A stretch of DNA of 63,759 nt, the filler included, from Aduncisulcus paluster (Eukaryota): NCBI GenBank assembly GCA_024181965.1. It is 14 parts of 14 records of this genome, joined end to end, with 100 filler letters (N's around TTAATTAATTAA, not from the genome) between each part and the next. Parts side by side here need not be neighbours in the genome. Positions count along the whole stretch, not along the records: positions 1 to 25,839 come from BQXS01000057.1; 13 more parts are not named here. One strand, 5' to 3'. Under the pieces are notes generated by a model. The model was not told the DNA's origin, did no database searches, and saw only the letters and a list, made by a program, of their open reading frames with translations. Shown one piece after another: positions 1 through 11,824 of the stretch (position 1 is its first letter; every line of letters starts with the position of its first letter). The position numbers were made by a program, and so were the translations under genes.

Positions 1-334
1 CACGTTCATAGTGGAGTTTCTGACCAGAAAGATGGCCTATGTTTTTTTTTGGCACCTTTATCCAGTTGTGATGGAGAAAAAAAAAATATTGATCTCGAAA
101 ACTCAAATATTCAATAAATTGAAGGAGAAAATTCGGAAATGCCAAAATAAATATGAATAATTAACAGAATTGTTTTCAGGAAAAGAGAATTAACTTCGTT
201 CGAGCATGACAAAATATTCTTTGTGTTTTGATAACATTTGGCCTATTAATTGGACCCATTAAGTCTTTTTATTTGTATAAAAAACATTCAAATATTTTTA
301 TTGTTGTTAATATATTGATTTATCACCAAATTTT

Positions 335-1633
335 ATGGGAAGAGACTTCATATTAGGTTTATCTTCTAAATCAAAACGTAAAAAGGAAGAATCGTTGCGA
401 GCAATTCATTCCTTGCGAAGTGGAAACGAATTCACTCTCACCAGCCTTGCAGGAGTTGAATCCAAATGTTTACTTGGAAAAGGCGGATTTGGAGAAATTT
501 CTCTTGTAAAAATTGCCCAACTTCCGCAACTTTGCGTTTTAAAGAAGATGCTTAGCGCTGCAGATGAAATGGTTGTTGCATCTTGTTATGGAGAGTTTAA
601 GATTCAACATAGGCTATTTATGAATCACAGATGTTTCCATCGTATTCCACGACCTTTGTATGTTCTAGATTGTCTTGATGCTGATTTCACGGGCGTGTAT
701 GGATTCCTGATGGAATTTTGTGCCGGAGGCAGTGTGAGCGCATTTGCTAAGACTTGGTGTGTTGATGTCAAGGATGAGAGTGCTGATGAAGGAGAAGAAG
801 ATTATGAATCGAGCTCTGATAGTGATGTCTTTGCTCGAGATTTTGATCCCTTGACACTTAATCCTGTGAAAGTGGCTTCATTATGTGTTGGGATGATTGA
901 ATGCCTTGCTGATGTGTTTAAGGCATCGAGACGTCTTGTCCATCGAGATATTAAACCTGAGAACTTTCTTGTTCGTGTTAATCCCACTGATGGAGAGTGT
1001 AATATTGTCCTTGCTGACCTTGGTCTTGCCAAGATCAAACATTCCATCTCGATTTCATCAAACTCGGTAAGCTTTTCTTCCGTGTCCTCAATTTCTGCTG
1101 ATCCTATGGATTCTGGTGTTCTATCTGAAGCAGAGAGTTCACCGCAGTCATATGCTGGGACCTTTGCATATTCATCTTGCGAAACGATTAAATTCGGCGA
1201 AAGCACGCAACTCAGTGATGCTCATTCTCTTGGAATGTCTATCCTTGCCTTGTTCTTGTGTAAACATCCCTTTATTGGTCATCCATTATTCCAAAGCTCT
1301 CAGAGTATATCTCTTAAATGCATGAAATATATTTACAATATGCCTGAGTTGCTTAAAAGTGGTATGGTAGAAGGCATGTTGACTAGATCGCGTCTCTTCA
1401 GATCCCTCGAGACCATTGAAGATGGGAAATTCAAGCCTGTGCTTCATTGTCTAAATGAAGTGTTTCAAGGTCTCACTCGATGTGATGTTGAAGAACGTAT
1501 GGATGTTCACACTGCTCGTGAGAAAGTTCAGTTGATTAAAGATCTCCTCCCAAAGATTGGAGAAGGGTGGGAATGTCCAACTGAGGAGGAAATTATTCGA
1601 ATGAAGATCGAACAATATGGTAAGTCTCGATAA
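335..1633 (+). CDS. Ser/Thr protein kinase, lineage-expanded family (same family as the kinase fused at ~43984-44365)
   Basis: GKGGFGEI G-loop, VLKK lysine, HRDIKPENFLV catalytic loop, DLG, GTFAYSSCE in place of APE; acidic insert after the hinge. Confidence 0.93.
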   Translation: MGRDFILGLSSKSKRKKEESLRAIHSLRSGNEFTLTSLAGVESKCLLGKGGFGEISLVKIAQLPQLCVLKKMLSAADEMVVASCYGEFKIQHRLFMNHRCFHRIPRPLYVLDCLDADFTGVYGFLMEFCAGGSVSAFAKTWCVDVKDESADEGEEDYESSSDSDVFARDFDPLTLNPVKVASLCVGMIECLADVFKASRRLVHRDIKPENFLVRVNPTDGECNIVLADLGLAKIKHSISISSNSVSFSSVSSISADPMDSGVLSEAESSPQSYAGTFAYSSCETIKFGESTQLSDAHSLGMSILALFLCKHPFIGHPLFQSSQSISLKCMKYIYNMPELLKSGMVEGMLTRSRLFRSLETIEDGKFKPVLHCLNEVFQGLTRCDVEERMDVHTAREKVQLIKDLLPKIGEGWECPTEEEIIRMKIEQYGKSR

Positions 1634-3018
1634 CTATTTCTTCTCGCCTCAAACGTTTTTAATCTCCCTATTTTCCGAGAATATGAAGGTGAGTGAGCTT
1701 TGCTTTGGTCCTTCTGAACATCCTTCTTCCTTATCGTGGTAATTTCCAAATATTGACTATATAATTGGAGTGAAAATGTTCAATGGTAAATTTGGATAAT
1801 TCATGATTGTCAGTGCATCAGGTGTTTGACAAAGAATAACGGTTTTACTCAAACTTGTTAGCTATTTCAGATTATGTATAGCTATACATTGTATAGTTAG
1901 CTTTTTTAACATAACGATAGAAACATTTCAAATCTATTACCTTTATTTCGTTTTTTCGTAGAACAATCTTTGATATTTTGCCACCTTTTTCAAATAACGT
2001 TATTATTCATGTTTGTTGGACCATAAATGTCTTTCAAAAAGAGATTTTTCTAAAAGTTGTTTTTCAAAAGATATTCTATCAAACCATGTATCTAAAAAAA
2101 AGAAAAAAAATATGAATAAAGGTTGTAAACACTAATAATTTAAGTATAATGGGGGGAACTCTGATCTTTTTTCTGAAACTATCCTAAATCTNNNNNNNNN
2201 NNNNNNNNNNNATATTTTGCCACCTTTTTCAAATAACGTTATTATTCATGTTTGTTGGACCATAAATGTCTTTCAAAAAGAGATTTTTCTAAAAGTTGTT
2301 TTTCAAAAGATATTCTATCAAACCATGTATCTAAAAAAAAGAAAAAAAATATGAATAAAGGTTGTAAACACTAATAATTTAAGTATAATGGGGGGAACTC
2401 TGATCTTTTTTCTGAAACTATCCTAAATCTGCACGGAGATTTCCCTCATTATTCTGATGACTTGTTTTGGACATGAGAAGACAGGGACATTTGATTGAGG
2501 AAATAAAACTATTGAAGTTTATATTTTTAACCTCTCAAATCAAAATGGAGACGAATAAAATATTACAATTGGAAATAAAATTTTAGAAAGATATCTTACC
2601 GTTGTTCGCACCAGATTGAGAATGGAAACTCAATTTTATGAAAAAACCAAGAAGGAGAGAGACAATCATGCGAAAAACGAGAAGAAGAATGATAATATGA
2701 ATGGGTATATAAATAAAAATTAAAAATTAAAAATAGAATTTGGTATTAATAATAGAATTGTGAATCCGATGAATATAACTAATGTTAGAAAGTATGAAGG
2801 ATCGAAAAATATGAGTTTCTAACAACACACAAAGACAAAAAAACGGGATCCGGGGTCAAAATAAAATAAATAAAATTTACATGATTCAAATTCAATTGGC
2901 TGATCTCCTCAGCAAACTTAGAAGTAACCTACATCGATATCAAAAAAAAAAAAAAAAAAAAAAAAATTGTTTATCGAGAAATATTACTCAAAAACATCCA
3001 AAAAAAAAAAAAAAAAAA

Positions 3019-6000
3019 TTACAAGAAAATGAAGTGTAATATCAAGATTGCACAGCCAAATAAACATCCCCCAAGGAACCACAAGGCCAAGGTTCTTTCC
3101 TTTTCAGTTGAAATATCCTCCCATTGACAGGAACGGTCATCCAAAGACCGAATAATAGAGTGCAAAAAATCAACTTCTCCAAAAATAGAGCCGTTTTTAT
3201 CAAACAGGTGAGAAATGGAATTTGATGCAATGGATGCTGAACAAGCTTCTTCCATGAGAATAATGGAAAGTGAATCTGAGACATTTGTGAGTCGCGAAAC
3301 TGTCTCACACTCCCATTCACTTTCACTGGGGAGATTCTCAATCATGCAGGCAATACAGTCATGTGCATCGGTCATAGCACACACAATTGACACATCAGAG
3401 AAGCTATCTGGAAGGCAAGAGAGGGTAGCCGTGCCACTGAGGTAACTGTATGTCACAGACTCTCCGCTAACAGAGATGGTCAGTTCCTCAGAGAAACTAG
3501 AGGGGTCAAAATGGTAGAAAGAGTGGATATCTCCATTAAACACACCATCAAGAGTCACATATACATCATTTTCAAGAAGGAAATGGAACAGAACTGGGTG
3601 GATCTCACCTAGAAAAAGATCAATTTCCAAGTTCACTGCATTTGTAAGGTTATTGGATACATCAGAATGAGTATCAAATAGGATATTGGATTTGATATTG
3701 AAAAAAGTACAGTCAATGTCGTTTTGATCACAAGAAGTTTCGGCTATAATCTGCGTAAATGCCGAAGATAATATGGTGGTATTGGCAACTCCAACATTGT
3801 AATCGCCAAGTTGAACTGGTTGGATAAGGGGGAAAACAAGCTCACTCGTGGCTTCTACAAGGGATGGAGGGAAGAATGAGTACGAATATTTCATGCTAGA
3901 GTGAGTTGAAGAAGTGATCCAAAACTCGGAAGACACATCAGTATCGAAACTTACGGGAGATTCAGGGAAAGCAACGTATGTTCCATCCAGGGAAGTATAT
4001 GAGGCCTTGAAAACAAAGAATTTGGATACTTTTTCAGTCCTAAGAACATAATCAAAGAAAGGAACCCACATAAGAGTAAGGAGAGCATCAGACACATCTG
4101 ATTCACTTCCATAAGCTACATCTGTGGACAATCCAGCATAGAAGTCAGATATCTCGGACACAACACTCACTGTGATATCACTTTCATCTTCAATGGCTGC
4201 CTCACTGCTTATCAAGTGGTCTGAGGGGACAGAGAAGGCTGAGCTTAGTAAGATCGATTGATGAGTATGCAATGGCCAAGTATCTTCTAAATCATCCTCA
4301 ATTTCAATCATTCCAAGAGACGATTGACTTGAGGCATCCAAATGGGCAAATTTGATGAACAAGGCTGGTTCATAGCAAGGGATAAGAGTCTCGAATGGGT
4401 TATTCAAATTCTCATACGATTCAGTGTATTCACTGGGATAAGAAGCATCACATATGACGGGGAGAATGGGAATATCAACTTCTTGCAGGTCTGATACAGC
4501 CAAAGCCATAACAACAACGAGGGTGGAGGGAGCTGTTCGCCACTCATAGATGGTCTTCACTGGAACTAACGATGTGTCAGAGGAGTCAAGGAGACGGAGA
4601 ACGGTTGTTTCCACTCTGCCACGTGAAATATGCCTCTTTGCAAACGAATTGATAACAAGCGACCTGAATCCTTCATCTGCTATGGTGAGATCATCGTTGA
4701 CAAGGATTTCAAGCTTATCGACATCAACTGTCACAATATCCATTCGATTTCTTGTAGATATTGGATGTGAATACACAACACCATCACTAGCAATCATAAT
4801 GGTGTAAGACAGGTCTCTATTGAAGTTGAGAGAGACGGAATCGGGCATCGTATACAAAGGAGAAGAGCTGTACATTCCATCTTCAAACATAACAACATTG
4901 ATATCCATTGCTAGCATTCCGTGGAAGGTGCCATCTGAAGTGATCAAGGGTAGACTAGCCACTTCTGTGTTAATACCGAGAATAAAATCATTCTTGGGTG
5001 TTAATGTCACAGGGATACGACTCAAAAAGGCCCCATAGGTACACTCACCGGTCTCTTCATCCAATTCATCACCTTCACATACAGAGAACTTCTTGATAAG
5101 GTTGACAAAGACAGAAACATCATAGTTCAGCGTAGAATCAATGATATCACTCAATAAATGATCCTTAATGGTGTATAATGCAAGAGATTTAAACACTTCC
5201 TTGGTGTCAAGAGAGATATGGACATCCGAGACATCATATTCCAACCTCTCAAATGTATTATAACGAACATATCTTGTTGGATAATCCTGCCATTGCTTAA
5301 GTGTGTAGATAGCGGACTCGATTATCTCAGATATATTCCTCTCCCTTGATGTTGCTATGATATAATCGCATGAGAGTTCATTCATGATGACATCTCTAAT
5401 GTTATAATACTCGTCATACACACCATTGCCACTGGAGTAGCTACAAACAGTGTTAGACACACTGGTAGAGGAGGTGGAGGAATCATCATTCTTGAACAGA
5501 GTGGAGAATGTATTCGTTGAGTTTGAAAGGTTAGAGGAAGAGAAATCACTCACGAGAGGAAGCATAGCACAGAGGTCTCCATTGATGACTCTTGATCCGA
5601 TCCCAAGGGATGCCACATGCATGTAGAAGTTGGCGTCCTTCACTTCATACCGGAGAGACTTGACGAATGTCGAGTAGAACTTTGGGATAGAGGAACCAAG
5701 GGTAATGAGATGAATGGCAAGCGGAGAGCCAATAGGGAGTGGACGCAGGGAGGTCAGATCATTCTCAGTGCTGGACAATCCGAAGATAGTAGTCTTCTCC
5801 TCAAGGATGGTCTGGAAGGTTATTTTGGGATTGATGGCAGATCTGAGGAGACGCACTGCAAGACTAGTGGCTTCAAACAATGGCTGTGATTGAGCATGAC
5901 CAGCAGAGGCACGAGGATCGATTGACTGACTTTCCAGCAACTCATCTATATCAAGATCAAAGATATATGAGATTAGTTCGTTTGTAAGGGATGATATCAT

Positions 6001-7140
6001 GAGGTTAGTTGCTTGAATAAGCCCCCCAACTGTGGAATCATCAAGAGCAGAAGAGGAAGAGGAAGAAGAGGAAGAAGAGGAAGAAGAGGAAGACGAATCA
6101 CATGTGTCTGATGCATCACTTCCAGAATAATAGGGGAATCCTGCCCAAGCACCATCTGTACTGACAATAGAAATGTAATCGTAGTATGACAACGAATGCA
6201 AGACTCCAATGGCTTCAGATATGAAGGAAGTGAGGATATATGGACCCATGGGAGAGTTCATGATGGCTTTCGTCGGGGCATCCATGGATAGATCAAGAAG
6301 GATGACAGAACCTCGTCGAAGGTGCATGTTTGTCGTGTTATTGAAGGGATGCGAATGTCTTCCGTCGTGAGGGATACGCTCTTTAAGTGGAATAGTCTCA
6401 AGGGATGGATCTCCATAGTACAATCCAGGAGTAACAAATGTCACACCACCCGCAGAAACAACTCGAAGCCAACTCAAAGGTAAAGTGTCAAGGTCACCAG
6501 GCATGTGGAAATACTGGAAAAAACTCAACCATTCTAACCCATATCGTTCTTCTTCAGGATAATATGAGGAAGGCTGTGAGTATTTAGTAACAGCATCACG
6601 CAATAGGTCAGAGGTATACGTGTTACCAGTTGATATCTCAGAGAATTGGTTCCAGGATACTTGGACTATATCGTCATCATTTGAATATTTGGGATTATCT
6701 GTGGTATCTGAGAAATACTCATCAGGCACAGGCTTAAGGAAGTTATGGTTCATTTCATCATATAATCCATCAGGAATAGAAATATCGGGATTATTCTGCA
6801 TAGCCTCTAGAATCTTACACAAATCAGAATGCATGAATCGAAGAAGAGCCATAGCGCCGGCTGTACCTGCATAAAACTGGTCAATGAAATAATCAGCAAA
6901 TAAACTGTTGGATTCATATTCTTTGGTATAAATTGAGTATGAGGATGCATTTAAAGCTGCAAGTAAATTTTCATAAATATTAACAGGTGAAGCAACGTCT
7001 GCAATATCTGTCAAGAATCCTGTAACATCGGATAACGAGCTAATAGCTTCAGAAACATTAAAACTTAATGCTATGGGAAAACAAATGAAAATAACGGTAA
7101 AAATGAACAAATTAATACTATTGTGAGTTTTAATAAACAT
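3019..7140 (-). CDS. alpha2delta/CACHD1-like VWA + Cache domain single-pass membrane protein
   Basis: N-terminal signal peptide; VWA-like strands (VILLDLSMD, YDYISIV, IHLITLG, HVASLGIG); Cache motifs (SLPLITSDGTFHGMLAMDI, YTIMIASDGVVYSHP, ASYTSLDGTYVAFP..EFW); Cys-rich region and C-terminal hydrophobic anchor. Confidence 0.75.
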   Translation of the reverse strand: MFIKTHNSINLFIFTVIFICFPIALSFNVSEAISSLSDVTGFLTDIADVASPVNIYENLLAALNASSYSIYTKEYESNSLFADYFIDQFYAGTAGAMALLRFMHSDLCKILEAMQNNPDISIPDGLYDEMNHNFLKPVPDEYFSDTTDNPKYSNDDDIVQVSWNQFSEISTGNTYTSDLLRDAVTKYSQPSSYYPEEERYGLEWLSFFQYFHMPGDLDTLPLSWLRVVSAGGVTFVTPGLYYGDPSLETIPLKERIPHDGRHSHPFNNTTNMHLRRGSVILLDLSMDAPTKAIMNSPMGPYILTSFISEAIGVLHSLSYYDYISIVSTDGAWAGFPYYSGSDASDTCDSSSSSSSSSSSSSSSSALDDSTVGGLIQATNLMISSLTNELISYIFDLDIDELLESQSIDPRASAGHAQSQPLFEATSLAVRLLRSAINPKITFQTILEEKTTIFGLSSTENDLTSLRPLPIGSPLAIHLITLGSSIPKFYSTFVKSLRYEVKDANFYMHVASLGIGSRVINGDLCAMLPLVSDFSSSNLSNSTNTFSTLFKNDDSSTSSTSVSNTVCSYSSGNGVYDEYYNIRDVIMNELSCDYIIATSRERNISEIIESAIYTLKQWQDYPTRYVRYNTFERLEYDVSDVHISLDTKEVFKSLALYTIKDHLLSDIIDSTLNYDVSVFVNLIKKFSVCEGDELDEETGECTYGAFLSRIPVTLTPKNDFILGINTEVASLPLITSDGTFHGMLAMDINVVMFEDGMYSSSPLYTMPDSVSLNFNRDLSYTIMIASDGVVYSHPISTRNRMDIVTVDVDKLEILVNDDLTIADEGFRSLVINSFAKRHISRGRVETTVLRLLDSSDTSLVPVKTIYEWRTAPSTLVVVMALAVSDLQEVDIPILPVICDASYPSEYTESYENLNNPFETLIPCYEPALFIKFAHLDASSQSSLGMIEIEDDLEDTWPLHTHQSILLSSAFSVPSDHLISSEAAIEDESDITVSVVSEISDFYAGLSTDVAYGSESDVSDALLTLMWVPFFDYVLRTEKVSKFFVFKASYTSLDGTYVAFPESPVSFDTDVSSEFWITSSTHSSMKYSYSFFPPSLVEATSELVFPLIQPVQLGDYNVGVANTTILSSAFTQIIAETSCDQNDIDCTFFNIKSNILFDTHSDVSNNLTNAVNLEIDLFLGEIHPVLFHFLLENDVYVTLDGVFNGDIHSFYHFDPSSFSEELTISVSGESVTYSYLSGTATLSCLPDSFSDVSIVCAMTDAHDCIACMIENLPSESEWECETVSRLTNVSDSLSIILMEEACSASIASNSISHLFDKNGSIFGEVDFLHSIIRSLDDRSCQWEDISTEKERTLALWFLGGCLFGCAILILHFIFL

Positions 7141-7530
7141 TTCAAGTAACTATTTATGACCAAACTAAAGATTAGCAAAGAAAAAGGGAAATTCGGAACA
7201 AATCGAGATGACTCCTGAAGTTGGAATTCAATGAAAATATTTATATTGGCACTGAAATAATTATTGCATAGAATCATGAATTCTTAGATCTATTTGTGCA
7301 AAATTGTGTTTTGTAGTTGATGATCTTAAATCGAAAAGATATATCACATTTTTTATTTGCATTAACAATTTCAACAAATTAAGAACAAAATATATGAATT
7401 AATCAATTTATCCGTAAAAAAATTTCGATTTCAGGCCATTTCTGCCACTGGCTGTCAGTGGCACTGCGAAACACGATGTTTCTACTCTCCACGAGATTTC
7501 TACTGCCTTGTAGTTTTCAGTAGAAGGTAA

Positions 7531-9734
7531 CTATTTAAGCATTTTCGCCTTCTGTTCAAGCATTGAAATGTGTTTGTACATATCTCTCAATCTCTTTTTC
7601 TCGGCTGAATCAGATCTTCTTTTTCGAAATTGTTTCTTTTCTTTTTCAGATTGTTTGGGGTTTTTCATTGCCGATTTGCTCCTTTTCCCATCTACTTTTC
7701 TCCTGCGCTTTGCCTTGATTGCCTCTCCTTGAACAGCCTCCTCAAGAGCAAGCATGCTTTTCCCGAGTTCATGGACAGTTTGTGACAGTGTTGGCATTGT
7801 ACCCGAAGATGGAGAAAGGCTTTGATATCTCTTCTCTAATTCCTTTTGAGCACGCAAAAGGAGGGTATTTTCGCAGACTTTCTCGCACAACGAGGACTTA
7901 TCATGAACACGGGAGGAATGGTGTGAAGGGTCACAAGAAGAAGACGATGATGAATACCTGACATTCCTCTTCTTGGAAGATGATGAACGGTGAGGTTGAG
8001 TAACTTCACTATCGACAACACGAGAAATGGTAGACGATGCTGTCGCCGCTGAATGAAGAGGAATGGATGAGGAAGATGGATGACTAGGAGCTGCAGAAAT
8101 GGTGATTGGTTCATTTTCATGAATAGAAATCCTCGGTGGACATACCGGTTTCTTACTGATAGAATGGTCGATTGGCATATCTTTCTTCTTTTCGATTGTT
8201 TTGATCTTTTGCTTGAGTTCTTCAAGTCGGTCTTTAAGAAGCAGAGTTGAAGATTCATTATCTCTCAGCTGTATCTTAATAGTGGCAAGAGAAGATGATA
8301 AAATCGATGACAACGATGAAGAAGATGAAGACAGTGAAGTAGAAAAGGCAGAAGACATCGATGCAAGCTTGTTGTCAAATTCGTCACCAAACTGTATCAT
8401 TTTTTGTTTGATGACTCCACGATCGGTTGTTGCAAACTTGAGTTCTTTTGCTACATCCTTAAGAGTTGTATTATTTCTTTCAATCGACTCATTTAACTGT
8501 TGGATTGAAGCTACACTCTCCGTAACACGCTCGAAGAGGTTGTTCACTTGTGCAAGAGTCCTCTTTCTTCCTTCTTCTCCAGCAGTCACAACGACATGCA
8601 TCCGCTTCCTTTCTTCCTCGATCATGGCTTTTGTCTCGAGTTCTTGTTCAGAAATGGAGGTCGATATCGTATTTTGCAAGATAGATATGAGTTCTTCCTT
8701 CAACTTATTCTGAAGGACTTTAGAGTCGGTTATATGAGAAGAATGGATTGAGCACATGTCATCCATTGAGGATTTAAGAAGGGAAATATCAGACTTTAGT
8801 GATTTCTCGAGCTCAGACACTTGAGTCGAGGAATATTGGAATCTGGAATCCACGGACCTCTGAAGAGTGTTGAAAGACTCAGAGATCGACGCAACTGCAT
8901 GGTGGCACTCACGAACTTGAGATTGAATTTGGATATCGGTTTCTTCGCGCTTTGAGGCACTTTCGAGGGATTTGCGCTCCTTTTCTTTATCATCTCTTAT
9001 TCTTTCCTGTTTATCCTCATCAATGATTTGCCTCATTTGAGTCACCAAAATGTCTCTAAGTCGGTCGATCTCCCCATTAACTTGATCTTCAAGACGACGT
9101 TTAACCCCATCCAATTGAGTTACTAGAGTCTGCTTACATGACTCTGCTTCTTTGGCAGTGAGCTTTGTTAATTTATCTTCTATTGAATTAACTTTTTCAA
9201 TAACATGTGTTGAAAAGTCTTCATATTTTGTCTCAACATCTTTCACTCGAGAATCAACCATTTCAGTGATGGAGGCCACAATAGATTCCTCGCGTAAAAG
9301 TAATTCTTCTTCGCGTTTTTCGAATAATTCATGTTGATTCTTGATGGTTTTTTCAAGAGACTGCATATGTTGCTTCTGGAGGGCGGAGTCGGCTTGTAAT
9401 TGCTCATATCTTTCTGAAAAAGTTTCAATGGTAAGCATTGTTGATGAAAGTTTTTCCACTTGTGTTTCTAAGTATTTTATGTATGCATTTCGATCAGTTA
9501 ACAGAGGACGGTAATCTGTAGGGAACATACCGTCTCTACTCTAATGTAGCAAAATAAAAGAAAAATTTGGCACAAAAATTTAAGTAAAATGATAAAATAT
9601 TAAATGATTGAATAATAAATTTAAAATAAAAAGCGAAATACGGGAAATAGAACGAAATATGGAAAATCGAAACATACAAGAAGTCTTTGCCTAGCATAAG
9701 CATTTGAATACCCACTATCATGTATTCCAAACAT
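7531..9734 (-). CDS. Coiled-coil protein, predicted two exons (9734-9678 and 9540-7531)
   Basis: 665-aa coiled-coil ORF; upstream ATG at 9734 gives a 19-codon exon that splices in frame through a GTATGT...TTAG intron at 9677-9541. Confidence 0.75.
9541..9677 (-). other. Predicted spliceosomal intron (137 nt)
   Basis: Minus-strand 5' site GTATGT, T-rich body, 3' site TTTTCTTTTATTTTGCTACATTAG; phase-0 join keeps the frame (..QRLL|SRDGMFP..). Confidence 0.65.
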
Positions 9735-9876
9735 AATATTTCGTGTTGGCAATCTATATACTTTTATGAATCTTGACACAAATGGCAAATTTAGGTATAA
9801 AGTTAGTTTGTTTAGGTATAAACAAATTCATCGGTAAAATGTTTAAAAATGAGTTCGTAATTTATTGGTAATTGGA

Positions 9877-11178
9877 TTAAGGTTTACATCTGTTGCAGTT
9901 TCTGGGGTACAAGATAACATCTCTGATGTGATCGATACCTCCAAGCCAACAGACGAATCTATCGACACCAACACCGGCACCTCCGTGGGGGAATGATCCG
10001 AATTTACGGAGATCAGTGTACCAGTAGTAAGGATCGGGCTTGATTCCCTCTCTCTTGAATCCATCCATGATCTTTTCGTAGTCTCCTTCTCTCATCGATC
10101 CACCAATAATCTCACCAACGCTGGGCATGAGGAGATCGACACTCTCGGTGACCTCAGGATGGTCGGCGGGAGTCTTCATGTAGAAAGGTTTCTGGTGAGT
10201 GGGGAAGTGAGTCAATAAAATGGGCTTTCCAATGGTGTCAACCATGAATCTCTCTGGTTTCTCAGGGATATCATCTTCGTAGGTGTAGAAGATCTTCTCT
10301 TCCTCGTTCTTGTACACCTCGTGCTCTTTGAGCCAATCAATGGCTTCAGTATACTTCATACGGATGAATGGTTCCTCAACGAGAGTTTTGCACTTCTCAA
10401 CCATTCCCGGGTTGACCTCTTCCAAGAGATCTCCCTTCTTTTCACAAACATATTTGACAACGTCCTTAACCATCTTTTCAAGACGAGTAAGAAGGCCCTC
10501 GAAATCAATGAAAGCGTACTCCATCTCAAGGTGGGTGAATTCGCTCACATGTCTCCTTGTACGGGATTTCTCGGCACGGAAGGAGGGGAGAACACAGAAA
10601 CAATCACCGACAGCGGGGCAGGCAGTTTCTAAATAAAGTTGGGAAGACTGGGTCAAATAGGCCTCTTGATCGAAGTATTTCAATTTGAACAAAGTGGATC
10701 CTCCCTCGACCTGGGTCTGAACAATGGTGGGAGGGCTCACTTCAGTGACATCTTCTTCTTCAAAGTGGTGTCTGAAACCTCTGAGAATGGCAGCACGCAA
10801 TTTAACAACGTTAGACATATGAGTTCCTCTAAGTTGGATATGACGGTTATCAGCCATAACTTCAGGACCACTTTCGGGGCGGATACGGCCCTCAATCTCT
10901 TCATCACTAGGGCCGATTAATTCCCAATCAGTAACCTTGAGCTCGACGCCACCAGGAGCACGAGCATCATCATGAAGAGTACCAGTAAGAGAAATAGTAG
11001 CTTCACGGTAGACACCAGGGTTCTTGCTGCAAGTTTTGGCAAGCTTACCCTTCATAACACATTGAATGTAAGCATGGGGCTCTTTATGAGTCCTTAAAAT
11101 GATGAATAATAAGCTTCCTTGCTTCCTTAACCGGTGAATCCAACCGACAAAAGTATGAAATTCAACTTCTCCTTCCAT
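9877..11178 (-). CDS. NARS1: Asparaginyl-tRNA synthetase, eukaryotic cytosolic type (likely start MEGEVEF at 11178)
   Basis: OB-fold GWIHRLRKQG; PPTIVQTQVEGGSTLFKLKYF..EAYLTQSSQLYLET; motif 2 FRAEKSRTRRHVSEFTH; motif 3 PHGGAGVGVDR; C-terminal LYPR..RCKP. Confidence 0.96.
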   Translation of the reverse strand: MEGEVEFHTFVGWIHRLRKQGSLLFIILRTHKEPHAYIQCVMKGKLAKTCSKNPGVYREATISLTGTLHDDARAPGGVELKVTDWELIGPSDEEIEGRIRPESGPEVMADNRHIQLRGTHMSNVVKLRAAILRGFRHHFEEEDVTEVSPPTIVQTQVEGGSTLFKLKYFDQEAYLTQSSQLYLETACPAVGDCFCVLPSFRAEKSRTRRHVSEFTHLEMEYAFIDFEGLLTRLEKMVKDVVKYVCEKKGDLLEEVNPGMVEKCKTLVEEPFIRMKYTEAIDWLKEHEVYKNEEEKIFYTYEDDIPEKPERFMVDTIGKPILLTHFPTHQKPFYMKTPADHPEVTESVDLLMPSVGEIIGGSMREGDYEKIMDGFKREGIKPDPYYWYTDLRKFGSFPHGGAGVGVDRFVCWLGGIDHIRDVILYPRNCNRCKP

Positions 11179-11824
11179 ATCCGTGACGAAAAAGACAAAA
11201 AATCTAATTTTGGAACTGTCCAAAATAACAATCATGAATAGCCGTTCAATCTGTTAAGTAAGAGGACATTTTTTAAAAAATAACAAATATATTCTGGTTT
11301 TTATGACCATTTTCCCACAATATATTTTTTTTATGCTGGAAACTACCTCTTGATGATTTTGAATATCAACTCATCGCATGTCAAGCTAAGTAGAACGAGA
11401 AGGATATTTTCATTTATTTTGTACGAATTTCATATAATTTTCAAGAGAATATTAATAATTAAAAGACAGTTCTTGATCGGTTTTTTCGATCTCCAGAAAT
11501 ACTTAAAAAAGAAAAATATAAATTTACAAATTTTACTTTACTTTGAATAAAAAGATTTAAATGTCCTTCNNNNNNNNNNNNNNNNNNNNTTTTTTTATGC
11601 TGGAAACTACCTCTTGATGATTTTGAATATCAACTCATCGCATGTCAAGCTAAGTAGAACGAGAAGGATATTTTCATTTATTTTGTACGAATTTCATATA
11701 ATTTTCAAGAGAATATTAATAATTAAAAGACAGTTCTTGATCGGTTTTTTCGATCTCCAGAAATACTTAAAAAAGAAAAATATAAATTTACAAATTTTAC
11801 TTTACTTTGAATAAAAAGATTTAA

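Noticed and set aside
1973-2430. Direct repeat 1973-2191 / 2212-2430 (similar pairs at 11326-11833, 28151-28738 and 39488-40107)
   Set aside because: Each pair exactly flanks a 20-N gap, which indicates unmerged contig overlaps rather than LTRs or tandem duplications
7443-7463. Hairpin TGCCACTG-gctgt-CAGTGGCA as a terminator
   Set aside because: Eukaryotic context with no U-tract; an 8-bp stem can arise by chance
11350-11814. Twin 66-aa ORFs
   Set aside because: AT-rich intergenic sequence duplicated by the gap artefact, with TTG starts
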